Of a stretch of 25,881 bases of DNA, positions 1 through 9,270 are shown one piece after another. The translations under genes and the position numbers were made by a program. Where the stretch lies: assembly GCA_045046875.1 (NCBI GenBank), contig JASFYY010000003.1:1-25881 (forward strand), read 5' to 3'. The notes under the pieces are model-generated. The model searched no databases and was not told the DNA's origin. It saw nothing but the letters and a program-made list of their open reading frames with translations. Source of the DNA: Verrucomicrobiota bacterium. Lineage in GTDB: Bacteria > Verrucomicrobiota > Verrucomicrobiia > Verrucomicrobiales > DEV007. The first letter of the stretch is position 1, and the number at the start of each line of letters is the position of its first letter.

Positions 1-17
1 GTAGCCGAGTAGCCGAT

Positions 18-2495
18 ATGCTAAAACGTCTGATACCCGCCCTGCTGCTTGGGTTAGTTTGCGCCCACGCCCGGGCCAACACCGAAATCAGCATCGCCGC
101 CCGAATGGGTGAAGCCCAAACGATTGTCCTCAGCGGCAAAACGTCGAGCCAGCAACTGGTGGTGACGGCCAAAGATGGGGCCAAACTTTGGGACGCCACC
201 CACAAAGTGACCTACCAGGTTAAACCGGCAGGCATCGTCATTTGCCAGCCAAGCGGACTGGTCAAACCGATAAAAAACGGCAAGGGAACCATCACCGTGC
301 AACTGACCGGTGCAGCTCCTGTCAGTATCCCTTTTGAAGTCAGTGGCACAGAAAAAGAAAGTGCTGCGGACTTCGCCAATGAAGTTATCCCCATCCTGAC
401 CCGCTCCAGTTGCAACAGCGGAGCCTGTCATGGCAAAGCGGGCGGACGCAACGGCTTCAGGCTATCCCTATTGGGTTACGAACCAGAAAAAGATTTCCGC
501 TACATCGTTTACGAAAACCGGGGACGACGTGCCTCCCCGGCCGCTCCCGACCAAAGCTTGCTGCTGCTAAAAGCCACTGGTGAGATCCCTCACGAAGGAG
601 GTGTGCGCTGGGAAATCGGTTCCGAACCCTACAACGCAGTGCGCCGCTGGATCGCCCAGGGTTTGCCCTACGACCCGGAGTCTCCGCACAAAGTCGAGCG
701 CATCGAACTTTTCCCCACCGGTCGCACTTACCAACCCAAAGCCAGCCAACAACTGGTAGTGACTGCGATTTTTACCGATGGCACACGTCAGGATGTGACC
801 CACATGGCGCAATATGAAGCCAACCAGGAAGACATGGCCGAAGTCGATGAAAACGGCCATGTGGAATTCAAAAACCTGTGGGGATCAACCTCTGTTTTGG
901 TACGTTTCAAGGAACACGTCGCTACTTTTTTTGGTAACATTACCCTCGGTGAAATGGTCAACACCCCACCTGCAAAAAACTTCATCGACGAGCAGGTTTT
1001 CAAAAAATTAAAGCTGCTTGGACTGCCTCCCTCAGCGCCCTGTGATGACTCGACCTTCCTGCGACGGGTGAGCCTCGACGTAGCCGGCCGCCTGCCTACC
1101 GTGGATGAAATCAAAAGCTTTCTTGTCGACAAAAATCCGAAAAAAAGATCCCAGGCCGTCGAACGTCTACTGGATGATCCCGGTTATGCCCACAACTTTG
1201 CCAACAAGTGGACCAGCCTCTTGAGAAACAAACGCTCCCGATACGACGGAGCCCGGGTGACTTTTGCTTTTTACGACTGGGTGCACAACGCGATCAAACA
1301 AAACATGCCCTATGATGAGTTTGTTAAATCCATCATCACCGCTTCGGGCGAATCCAATGCCAACCCCTCGGTGCTTTGGTACCGCTCCTTTAAAAATGAC
1401 CGGGACTTCGTCGTCGAACCCAAAGAAAAGAGTGAAGACTTTGCCCAGATTTTCCTAGGCATACGCATCGCCTGCGCCCAGTGCCATCATCACCCCTTTG
1501 ATCAATGGAGCCAGAAAGACTACAGCGCGCTCACCGCCTTTTTCTCTGGATTGAATATCAAACCCGGAGCGGCCAAAGACGAATTGGTTTTGGTGCGGGC
1601 AAAAAAACAAAATCAATTCAACAACACCGCACCTGCTGCCTTGGGCGGCGAAGAATTGGAAATATCCAAATACAAAGATCCCCGTTTTTCCCTGGCTAAT
1701 TGGATCAGCAAAAATGACAACCCCTACTTTGCCAAGTCCTTTGTCAATCGCTACTGGAAACAGTTTTTTGGTCGCGGCCTGGTCGATCCGATCGATGACA
1801 TGCGTGTGACCAATCCCCCCAGTCACCCCGAACTGCTTGACCAGTTGGCCGAACACTTTATCAAAAACCATTTTGATATGAAGTCCACCATCAGACTCAT
1901 CTGCAACAGCCAGACCTACCAATTCAGCTCGACGCCCAACAAACATAACGCAGGCGATCAACAAAACTACTCACGTTTCATTCCAAGAAGACTGCCCGCC
2001 GAAATCTTTCTGGATTCGATCAACGACGTCACCGAAATGCACGAGAGTTTTGATAATCAAGAGACCGGAACGACGCGCGTGCTCTATTTGCCCGACGATC
2101 AATACAATGCCCGCATCCCGTTTCTGCAGACTTTTGGCCGCCCGAAAATGGACAGCGCCTCTGACTCTGCCCGCAAAACCGAAGCCACAGTGAACCAGAG
2201 CCTGGCAATGATCAATTCCTCCGAGATCCTCAGACGTATCAGTTATTCCGGTGGCCGGGCCGCACGGATGGCCAAAAGCAAAGACGATATCAACAGCCAG
2301 ATCGACGAACTTTTCCTGCAGGCTTTTGCGCGTTACCCCCGCAAAGATGAAAAACAACGGGCGCTTAAGTATATCCAATCAAAAATCGATCTCGCGGGGA
2401 AAAATGCCTCACTTCAAACCAGTAACAAAAAAGAAGGCATCGAAGACCTGCTCTGGGCACTGATCAATACCAAGGAATTCATGTTTAATAACTAG
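18..2495 (+). CDS. Exported DUF1549 (PSCyt2)/DUF1553 (PSD1) domain protein with Ig-like domains, planctomycete-type cytochrome c family
   Basis: 825-aa ORF. Sec signal peptide (MLKRLIPALLLGLVCAHARA). CxxxxCH motif CNSGACHG followed by GFRLSLLG. Family motifs FLRRVSLDVAGRLPT, FLGIRIACAQCHHHPFD, NRYWKQFFGRGLVDP.DD, PPSHPELLD.LA and terminal DLLWALINTKEFMFN. Confidence 0.9.
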   Translation: MLKRLIPALLLGLVCAHARANTEISIAARMGEAQTIVLSGKTSSQQLVVTAKDGAKLWDATHKVTYQVKPAGIVICQPSGLVKPIKNGKGTITVQLTGAAPVSIPFEVSGTEKESAADFANEVIPILTRSSCNSGACHGKAGGRNGFRLSLLGYEPEKDFRYIVYENRGRRASPAAPDQSLLLLKATGEIPHEGGVRWEIGSEPYNAVRRWIAQGLPYDPESPHKVERIELFPTGRTYQPKASQQLVVTAIFTDGTRQDVTHMAQYEANQEDMAEVDENGHVEFKNLWGSTSVLVRFKEHVATFFGNITLGEMVNTPPAKNFIDEQVFKKLKLLGLPPSAPCDDSTFLRRVSLDVAGRLPTVDEIKSFLVDKNPKKRSQAVERLLDDPGYAHNFANKWTSLLRNKRSRYDGARVTFAFYDWVHNAIKQNMPYDEFVKSIITASGESNANPSVLWYRSFKNDRDFVVEPKEKSEDFAQIFLGIRIACAQCHHHPFDQWSQKDYSALTAFFSGLNIKPGAAKDELVLVRAKKQNQFNNTAPAALGGEELEISKYKDPRFSLANWISKNDNPYFAKSFVNRYWKQFFGRGLVDPIDDMRVTNPPSHPELLDQLAEHFIKNHFDMKSTIRLICNSQTYQFSSTPNKHNAGDQQNYSRFIPRRLPAEIFLDSINDVTEMHESFDNQETGTTRVLYLPDDQYNARIPFLQTFGRPKMDSASDSARKTEATVNQSLAMINSSEILRRISYSGGRAARMAKSKDDINSQIDELFLQAFARYPRKDEKQRALKYIQSKIDLAGKNASLQTSNKKEGIEDLLWALINTKEFMFNN

Positions 2496-2507
2496 CCGGT
2501 CGTATTT

Positions 2508-5500
2508 ATGAAAAAAATTCTCATCCCTCTTTGTGCTCTCGCCTGCACCGCTCTGCCCGCTGTGGCCAAATTCCCCTCCCCCGAATTACAGGAGATTTAC
2601 CCTGCCGGAGGGCAAGCGGGCACCCAGGTGACCGTCACCATCAGCGGTGAAGACTTGCTCGATATCAAATCATTGAAGTTTTCCCATCCTGGCATCAAAG
2701 CCGAGAGAATCTATCTAGCTAAAAGCAAACTGTGGGATGAAGCCCGCCCGGACGGACAAAAATTTCGCATCAGCATTCCAAAAGACATCAAAGCCGATTC
2801 TTATGATGTGCGTGTATTGGGCTATTACGGTCTGTCTTCACCGCGGATTTTTCAAGTCAGCTCCGCTAACGAACCCGCCGAGCTCGATTCCGAACTGGAA
2901 AACAAAAACAACACGGTCGAAACCGCCAAGTCCCTCAGCCTCGAAGGCATCGCCAATGGGAAAATCAGCAAGCAAAACGCGGACTACTACAAAGTATCGA
3001 TGAAAAAAGGGCAGCGGGTGCTGGCTCACTGCTGGGCAGTTCGCCTCGGTTCCAAGCTCGATGCCAAACTCACTCTGTTTGATCCCGAGGGAAACGAGAT
3101 CATCAATAACAACGATTACATCGGTCGCGATCCAATGCTGGACTTCACCGCCCCCAAAGACGGCGACTACTACGTATCCGTTTCAGATCAAACCTGGCTC
3201 GGTTCGACCGGCTACCTTTACCGCTTGAAGGTATCGGGCAAACCCTACATCGAAACCATCTACCCCGCGGTGGTGCAAAAAGGCAAAACCAGCCAACACA
3301 CCCTCTATGGACGCAATATCCCCGGCGGTAAAAAAACCGGTGAAACTCTCAATGGGGGCAGCATCGAATCCTTAAATGTATCCATCAAAGCTCCGGCTAA
3401 AAGTGATGCGCTCTTGCTCGACGGACAGCGTCCGCTGCTCGGGTTTTATGACGGCCTCAACTACCAAATAAAAGACTCCAACGTCTTCCGCCTGGCCTTA
3501 TCCGACTTCGCTAGCGTGATCGAAAAAGAACAGGATGCAGATATCCCCGTCACGGTCCCCAGTGAAATCAACGGGCGTTTTGATCAGCAGGAAGACATCG
3601 ACCAATACGTGTTCAAAGCCAAAAAAGGCGAACGCTTGTGGTTGGAGATTTTCTCCGATCGCCAGTTCACTAAGTCAGATCCCTTCATGGTGATCGAAAA
3701 ACTCACTCAAGACAAAGACAACAAAATCGTAGCAACCGAGCTCAAGAGCCTGGATGATTTTGTGAAAGTCAAAACCCAGGGCATGTATGACGTGCACACT
3801 TATGACGACGGTATCGAACTCGACATCGCTGCCGATGGCGAATACCGCATCGTAGTTGGGGATAACTTTTCCAAACAAGGAGCGCTGCACCATTACCGCA
3901 TCCGGCTATCGCAGTCCAAGCCGGCCTTTCAACTGATGACCTTTGTCGAGCAGTTCCATTTTTTCGGTGACCGCCGCACCACGGTCTATCCTGGCGCGCT
4001 GCAGTTGCGACCGGAAGGCATCCTGCCGATTCGCGTTCGCGCTTACCGCAAAGGAGGACGTGAGTTCCCCATCGCTCTCAGAGTGGAAGGTTTACCCAAA
4101 GGCGTCAAAGCACTGCCCGCTGAGATCTTTCCCGGAGAAGAAGAAGCTTACATCGTTTTGACCGCTGATAAAAAAATCGCTAATTGGACAGGAAATATCC
4201 GCATTTTTGGCAGCCTCTCTGATGGCAAAAACAAAGTCGAACACGAAGCCGTCGGCGCGACTCTCAACTGGAGTGGAACGGAGATCACCTATGGTTACAC
4301 TCAAAGGCTGAGAGCGAGAAGAACCCACCACATCCCTCTCGCGCTATTGGCCGAGGAGCAAGCCGTCCCGATCACCCTGGCACAAAAAGAACCCGCCAAA
4401 GTATGGGAATTCAAAAAGAATGCCACAGTCAAAATCCCCTTGGTTTCCAGTCGTAGCGACAGCTTGAAAGGCGCAGTGACAGTGATGGAATTTGGTGCCG
4501 GTCACAAATTGGGCTTCCCTTTCCGCATCTTTGTCAACGGCGGCAAATCCACTGATCTCAGTGTAACCTATCGCCCCAACAGCACCAATCTGGATCTGCC
4601 GGGCGAAGGCGCCTTCATTCTCCGGGGCTGGGCGGATATCAACTACAGCACTTACCGCAAGGGCACGGAGTTGACCAAAAATCTGAAAACAAAAATTGAG
4701 GGTAAGGTGAAAGAGATCACTCTGGTGCAAACCAAGGCAGACGGGGTGTATAAAAAAGCCAAACAAACCTTGGACAAACAAAATGCAGCCAACCTCGCCG
4801 CTGCCAAATCCGCCACCGCCAAGGAACTGGCGGCAAAAAATGCTCTCACCAAACTAAGCGCCGCCCGGGTTGCCGCGACCAAACAAGCCTCGGTAAAAGA
4901 AAATGTCGCTAAACAAGCACTGGCCAAATTGACCTCAGCCAAACAAGTGGCTGAAAAAGCAGCGGACAAACAACGAGCCCTCGCTAAAACAACGGCTGCT
5001 AAGGTAAGCAGCGCCCAACAGGCTCTGAGCAAACTGGCCAAAGAAAGCGCGGCCAAAACTACCGCCGCCAAGGTGACCGTCGCCAAACCCGATGCTTCAA
5101 AAGCGGCAAAAGACACCTTGAGCAAAGCAACGGCCGCCCATGCCGCTGCGCAAAAAGCAGTCGGCAACAAGGACCAACTCGTCAAACAAAGCACAGCGAA
5201 AGAAAGCACTGCCAAACAAACTTTGGCCAAACTGACCGCCGCCAACGCGGCAACCGTCAAGCAGGCCACCGACAAGGAAAACATTGCCAAACAAACCCTG
5301 GCCAAAGCCGGCGCCGCTAAACAAGCGCTGGTCAATGCAGGCAAAACGAAAGTTACCCAGCTGACCCAGACCATGAAAACTGCCGATGCATCGCTCAAAG
5401 TCGCACAGACCCATTTCAAAGAGATCAAAAGCATTGAAAAAGAAGTCCAGTTGCAATTGACACAAATAGATAAAGTCACCAAAGAAACCAAATTTCGCGC

Positions 5501-5561
5501 CGGATTTTTCTCTCTGCCAGTGCGTTACAAAATTGTGGTGGAAGAAAAGAAGGCCAAATAA
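2508..5561 (+). CDS. Exported PPC (pre-peptidase C-terminal)-domain protein of the DUF1549/DUF1553 cluster, with a ~275-aa Ala/Lys coiled-coil insertion
   Basis: 1017-aa ORF with signal peptide. N-terminal IYPAGGQAGTQVTVTISGEDL. Two PPC-like repeats (DYYKVSMKKGQ...RLGSKLD...DPMLDFTAPKDGDYYV and DIDQYVFKAKKGE). No protease catalytic motif recognised. Confidence 0.8.
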   Translation: MKKILIPLCALACTALPAVAKFPSPELQEIYPAGGQAGTQVTVTISGEDLLDIKSLKFSHPGIKAERIYLAKSKLWDEARPDGQKFRISIPKDIKADSYDVRVLGYYGLSSPRIFQVSSANEPAELDSELENKNNTVETAKSLSLEGIANGKISKQNADYYKVSMKKGQRVLAHCWAVRLGSKLDAKLTLFDPEGNEIINNNDYIGRDPMLDFTAPKDGDYYVSVSDQTWLGSTGYLYRLKVSGKPYIETIYPAVVQKGKTSQHTLYGRNIPGGKKTGETLNGGSIESLNVSIKAPAKSDALLLDGQRPLLGFYDGLNYQIKDSNVFRLALSDFASVIEKEQDADIPVTVPSEINGRFDQQEDIDQYVFKAKKGERLWLEIFSDRQFTKSDPFMVIEKLTQDKDNKIVATELKSLDDFVKVKTQGMYDVHTYDDGIELDIAADGEYRIVVGDNFSKQGALHHYRIRLSQSKPAFQLMTFVEQFHFFGDRRTTVYPGALQLRPEGILPIRVRAYRKGGREFPIALRVEGLPKGVKALPAEIFPGEEEAYIVLTADKKIANWTGNIRIFGSLSDGKNKVEHEAVGATLNWSGTEITYGYTQRLRARRTHHIPLALLAEEQAVPITLAQKEPAKVWEFKKNATVKIPLVSSRSDSLKGAVTVMEFGAGHKLGFPFRIFVNGGKSTDLSVTYRPNSTNLDLPGEGAFILRGWADINYSTYRKGTELTKNLKTKIEGKVKEITLVQTKADGVYKKAKQTLDKQNAANLAAAKSATAKELAAKNALTKLSAARVAATKQASVKENVAKQALAKLTSAKQVAEKAADKQRALAKTTAAKVSSAQQALSKLAKESAAKTTAAKVTVAKPDASKAAKDTLSKATAAHAAAQKAVGNKDQLVKQSTAKESTAKQTLAKLTAANAATVKQATDKENIAKQTLAKAGAAKQALVNAGKTKVTQLTQTMKTADASLKVAQTHFKEIKSIEKEVQLQLTQIDKVTKETKFRAGFFSLPVRYKIVVEEKKAK
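4758..5360 (+). repeat. Degenerate intragenic 75-bp / 25-aa repeats (consensus near AKQTLAKLTAANAAxxKQATxKENx)
   Basis: Units start at 4758, 4833, 4908 (weaker at 4983) and again at 5211 and 5286, spaced exactly 75 nt; e.g. gccaaacaaaccttggacaaa / gccaaacaaactttggccaaa / gccaaacaaaccctggccaaa. Confidence 0.8.
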
Positions 5562-8254
5562 TGTTTTCATTCAAAACATCGACAAAACTAACGGCGATAT
5601 TCAGCTTTTTTCTCTTGGGCACCGTTCAGGCCGAAGGCTTGAAGCTGGCCAAGTTGGATAGAAAGTCTGAAGTGAATTTCAATAAGGAAATTTACCCTTT
5701 TTTCAAAAGGAACTGCCTGGCTTGCCACAACCATTCCAAAGCCAAGGCCAAGCTCATTCTGGAAACACCGGATGACATTCGCAAAGGCAGTTCAGATGGC
5801 CCGGTAGTGGTCGCGGGCAAAGCCGAAGAAAGTTTATTATTCACCACTTCGGCCCATATCGAAGAGGATGTCATGCCACCGAAGAACAACAAGTCAAAGG
5901 CAAAAAACCTGACTCCTCATGAGCTGGCTTTGCTCAAATTATGGATCGATCAAGGAGTCAAAGGAAGTGGCACCGTGATCGCCGAAGCTCCCGAAAAATG
6001 GCTGAAATTCAAAAGCAAACAACCCGTGTATGCCTTGACGGTTTCACCGGATGGGCGTTATGCCGCAGCGGGGCATGGACAGAATATTGACATCTACGAT
6101 ATCAAACTAAAGACATTTTTGACCCGCCTGATCGATCCCGCTTTAAAATCAGCCGCCCACCTCGATCTGGTGCGTTCACTGGCTTTTGACCAGGACGGCA
6201 CCCTGGCCAGTGGCGGCTACCGGGTGATCAAACTGTGGCAACCATCCTCGATGGCAGGGGAAAAAGTTACAACGACTCCAAGCAAAGCCTACCTACTGAC
6301 CAGCAAAGACCAATCCTGGAGCATCTCGCTGAATAAAACACGGGACCAAGTGAGCCGCTTGATGCAGAAAGGGGAAGTCACCCAGCCACTCAAGTTTGCT
6401 GACAAAATATCCAGCATCGCCATCCTCGACGATCAAAAACAAATCACGCTCGCTTTTGATAACGGCACCCTGCGTATCCTCAAAATCGAAGCCTTCGCCC
6501 AAGCGACAGCGGCAAAACCTACCCCAGTTAAAAAAGATGCCAAACCCGTCAAAACGGTTGCCGCTGCCACGCCCCCTGCTCTCGACAAAAAATTATATTT
6601 TGATCTGAAAGCTCACGCCAAACCCGTGCAGCATTTTTTCAGCGATACGCTCTACCCGCTGGTCAGCGCCGACAGCTCCGGCAAAGTCATTATCTGGGAT
6701 CTGAAACAGAAAAAAGCCAAAGCTACTTTTAATCACGGCGGAGCGCTCAAACACATCGCCTTGCACTCAAAAGCCAATCGCCTGATCACCACCAATGACA
6801 AAGGGCGGGTTTTACTTTGGGATCTGAAAAACCCTGCAAAATATCTAATCAGCCTCGCCCGCGACCCCAATATCGATTTCGAAATCCAACAACTCACCTC
6901 GGACAAAAATGTCGCCAAAAGAAACATCACCCGCCACGACGCGCGAATCAAAATTCTGCAAGAAACCGCAAAAAAAGAATTGGAGTCCGCCAACAGTGTT
7001 CCCAAACAATTGGAAACGCTCAATGCCGAATTAAAAACACAGGAGAAAAAGTTAAGCGACTTGTCTGCTAAAAAAATCGTCAAAGCCAAATCCAAAGATG
7101 CCAAGGAAATCAAAAAGGTCGCCGATGAAACCCAAAAACATCAAGAGGCTATCAAGTTGGCCAGCGAGGAAATCCAAAAAAGCAAAACCCGTCTGGTTTC
7201 GATAAAAAATGGCAAGGACCGGGCCTTGCAAATGCAGAAAAAAGCCAATCAGGATTTAGCCACCACCCAGAATGATAAAAAGGCCACCGAAGCCCTGGTC
7301 AAAAGCCTCGAAGAAAAGCTAAAAAAACTCAATGACCTGCAGTCCAAAACCGTGCCACAATACCTGATCGCAGGCAGCGGATTTTCCGCCGACGGACTGT
7401 ATCTAGCCGTGGCTTATCAAAATGGCAATGTCCACCTCTACGATTCTGAAACAGGTCATTTCATCGAATCCATCAATACCAAAAAACCACTGAAAAGTTT
7501 TGCTTTTAAAAAAGGAGCCCGCCTGGTGACCACTGGCGAAGATGGTCAATCCTGGTCCTGGCCAACCCAACGCTCCTGGAAATACAGCCAGGGCATTGGC
7601 AATGGCAAAGACGGCGCGATCTTGATTGACCGGGTGACGGCGCTGGGTTTTGGAGCCGATGCTTCTCTAGTCAGTGCCAGCGGTATCCCCTCACGCAAAG
7701 GCCAGTTGAAGTTATGGGATAAAAAAACGCTCAAACTGAAAGCCAAAGACCTGCTCGCGCATACCGACCTGATCTCCAGCTTGAACTTTTCTCCCGATAA
7801 AAAAAGATTTGTCACCGGCTCCTCAGACGGCACCGCCAAAATCTATCAGCTGCCTGCCCTGAAAAAAATCAGATCCCTGGAAGGGCATGCGCTCGCCGTA
7901 TTGGACGCCTCATGGAGCGGTGACGGTCACCTCATCGCCACCAGCGGTGCCGACAAAAACATCATCCTCTGGAACACGGAAACCGGCGAAAAATTTAAAA
8001 CCATTCTCGGCAAAGGCGAAGAGGTCACCGTGGTGCAGTTCCTCTCAAAAACCAACGACAGCCTGCTCACCGCTGAAGGTTCGGGAATGTTGAAAGCCAA
8101 CAATAAAAACCTACCCGGCGAATTTGAATATGCCTACTCCGCATCCCTCAGCCCCGACGGCAAGCTCATCCTGGCCGGCGGCCTAAGCGGCACTCTACGA
8201 CTCTGGGACGCCAGCAAATACAGCCTACTGAAAAGCTTCGAACCCGCTCCCTAA
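5561..8254 (+). CDS. Exported planctomycete cytochrome c domain + WD40 repeat protein with a coiled-coil insert
   Basis: 897-aa ORF; start overlaps the upstream stop (TAATG). Signal peptide; CLACH heme motif (5714-5728) and downstream MPP; WD40 repeats (GSSDGTAKIY, GHALAVLDASWSGDG...SGADKNIILWN, GTLRLWD). Lys/Glu/Gln-rich helical segment at about aa 436-596. Confidence 0.88.
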   Translation: MFSFKTSTKLTAIFSFFLLGTVQAEGLKLAKLDRKSEVNFNKEIYPFFKRNCLACHNHSKAKAKLILETPDDIRKGSSDGPVVVAGKAEESLLFTTSAHIEEDVMPPKNNKSKAKNLTPHELALLKLWIDQGVKGSGTVIAEAPEKWLKFKSKQPVYALTVSPDGRYAAAGHGQNIDIYDIKLKTFLTRLIDPALKSAAHLDLVRSLAFDQDGTLASGGYRVIKLWQPSSMAGEKVTTTPSKAYLLTSKDQSWSISLNKTRDQVSRLMQKGEVTQPLKFADKISSIAILDDQKQITLAFDNGTLRILKIEAFAQATAAKPTPVKKDAKPVKTVAAATPPALDKKLYFDLKAHAKPVQHFFSDTLYPLVSADSSGKVIIWDLKQKKAKATFNHGGALKHIALHSKANRLITTNDKGRVLLWDLKNPAKYLISLARDPNIDFEIQQLTSDKNVAKRNITRHDARIKILQETAKKELESANSVPKQLETLNAELKTQEKKLSDLSAKKIVKAKSKDAKEIKKVADETQKHQEAIKLASEEIQKSKTRLVSIKNGKDRALQMQKKANQDLATTQNDKKATEALVKSLEEKLKKLNDLQSKTVPQYLIAGSGFSADGLYLAVAYQNGNVHLYDSETGHFIESINTKKPLKSFAFKKGARLVTTGEDGQSWSWPTQRSWKYSQGIGNGKDGAILIDRVTALGFGADASLVSASGIPSRKGQLKLWDKKTLKLKAKDLLAHTDLISSLNFSPDKKRFVTGSSDGTAKIYQLPALKKIRSLEGHALAVLDASWSGDGHLIATSGADKNIILWNTETGEKFKTILGKGEEVTVVQFLSKTNDSLLTAEGSGMLKANNKNLPGEFEYAYSASLSPDGKLILAGGLSGTLRLWDASKYSLLKSFEPAP

Positions 8255-8262
8255 TTAGCCAA

Positions 8263-9252
8263 ATGAATACGCCCCCACCCAACGCCCTTACCAAGCTCAT
8301 CGGTCGTCGCGAGATCTTACGTGCCCTCGGCGCCGGCTCCGTGATGGCGGCCTTGCCCTCCCTGCGGGCAGCCAAATTAGAAGCAAAAGCAAGTGATTCC
8401 CTGGCGATGCAGTTTTACAAAAGCCTGAGCGAGGAACAACTCAGCAAAGTCTGCCTGCCAGTCGATCACCCCAGCCGTCAATTCATCAGCAACTGGTGGT
8501 ATGTCTGCCCCGAGCAACGTCTGCACACCTTTTACAGCAAAGAGCAACAGGACCTGGTGCGACAGATATTCGAGTCATTGCACCATCCCGAGCATCGCGA
8601 AAAAATGAACTGGCAAGTTCAAAAAGATCTCATGGGGAAAATAAAAAATACTCCATCAGTCGGATTTTTTGGCACACCGGAGGATGAAAATTTCGAATTC
8701 ATCTACACCGGCCATCACGTAACCCGGCGTTGCAATGCCCACAGCGACAAAGGCATGGGCTTTGGCGGGGCACCCATCTTCTACGGCAATTTTGCCAAGT
8801 CATTCAAAGAATCAAAAGATCACGAGGGCAACCCCTTCTGGTATCAAGGACTGATTTTTAACGAGTTCGTCAGCGCCTTGGATGGCAAACAACAGGAAAA
8901 GGTGCTGGTCGATAGAAGACCTAGAAGCGAAAAGGAAGATACGGTCATTGAGAAACACAAGACTGATTTACCCGGGCTCAGTGGTGCTGATCTGAGCAAA
9001 GATCAGCAAGCCAAGCTATTGGAAACCATGCGCCGAATGCTGGTTTGTTTCCGACCTGACGATGTGGACGCCACCATGAAGACCATCGAGGACAAAAAGT
9101 TAATCGATCAGCTGTTTGTCTCCTGCTACGGCGGTCGCTACGACATTGGCAATGATAAAGTCTGGGACACTTGGCAGATCGAAGGACCAGATATGGTTTG
9201 GTACTTCCGCGGCGTGCCTCACATCCACGCTTATTTTCATCTGGCGGCTTAA
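8263..9252 (+). CDS. DUF3500 family protein, probable Tat substrate
   Basis: 329-aa ORF. Twin-arginine-like leader GRREILRALGAG. Motifs FYKSLSEEQ, TGHHVTRRC, GFGGAPIFYG and terminal WQIEGPDMVWYFRGVPHIH. Confidence 0.75.
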   Translation: MNTPPPNALTKLIGRREILRALGAGSVMAALPSLRAAKLEAKASDSLAMQFYKSLSEEQLSKVCLPVDHPSRQFISNWWYVCPEQRLHTFYSKEQQDLVRQIFESLHHPEHREKMNWQVQKDLMGKIKNTPSVGFFGTPEDENFEFIYTGHHVTRRCNAHSDKGMGFGGAPIFYGNFAKSFKESKDHEGNPFWYQGLIFNEFVSALDGKQQEKVLVDRRPRSEKEDTVIEKHKTDLPGLSGADLSKDQQAKLLETMRRMLVCFRPDDVDATMKTIEDKKLIDQLFVSCYGGRYDIGNDKVWDTWQIEGPDMVWYFRGVPHIHAYFHLAA

Positions 9253-9270
9253 ATCCTCTCCTTTCGAAAT

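Noticed and set aside
4652..5491. 279-aa antisense ORF rich in Ala/Leu/Cys with apparent repeats
   Set aside because: It mirrors the Ala/Lys repeat region of the + strand gene; the codon bias there removes antisense stops.
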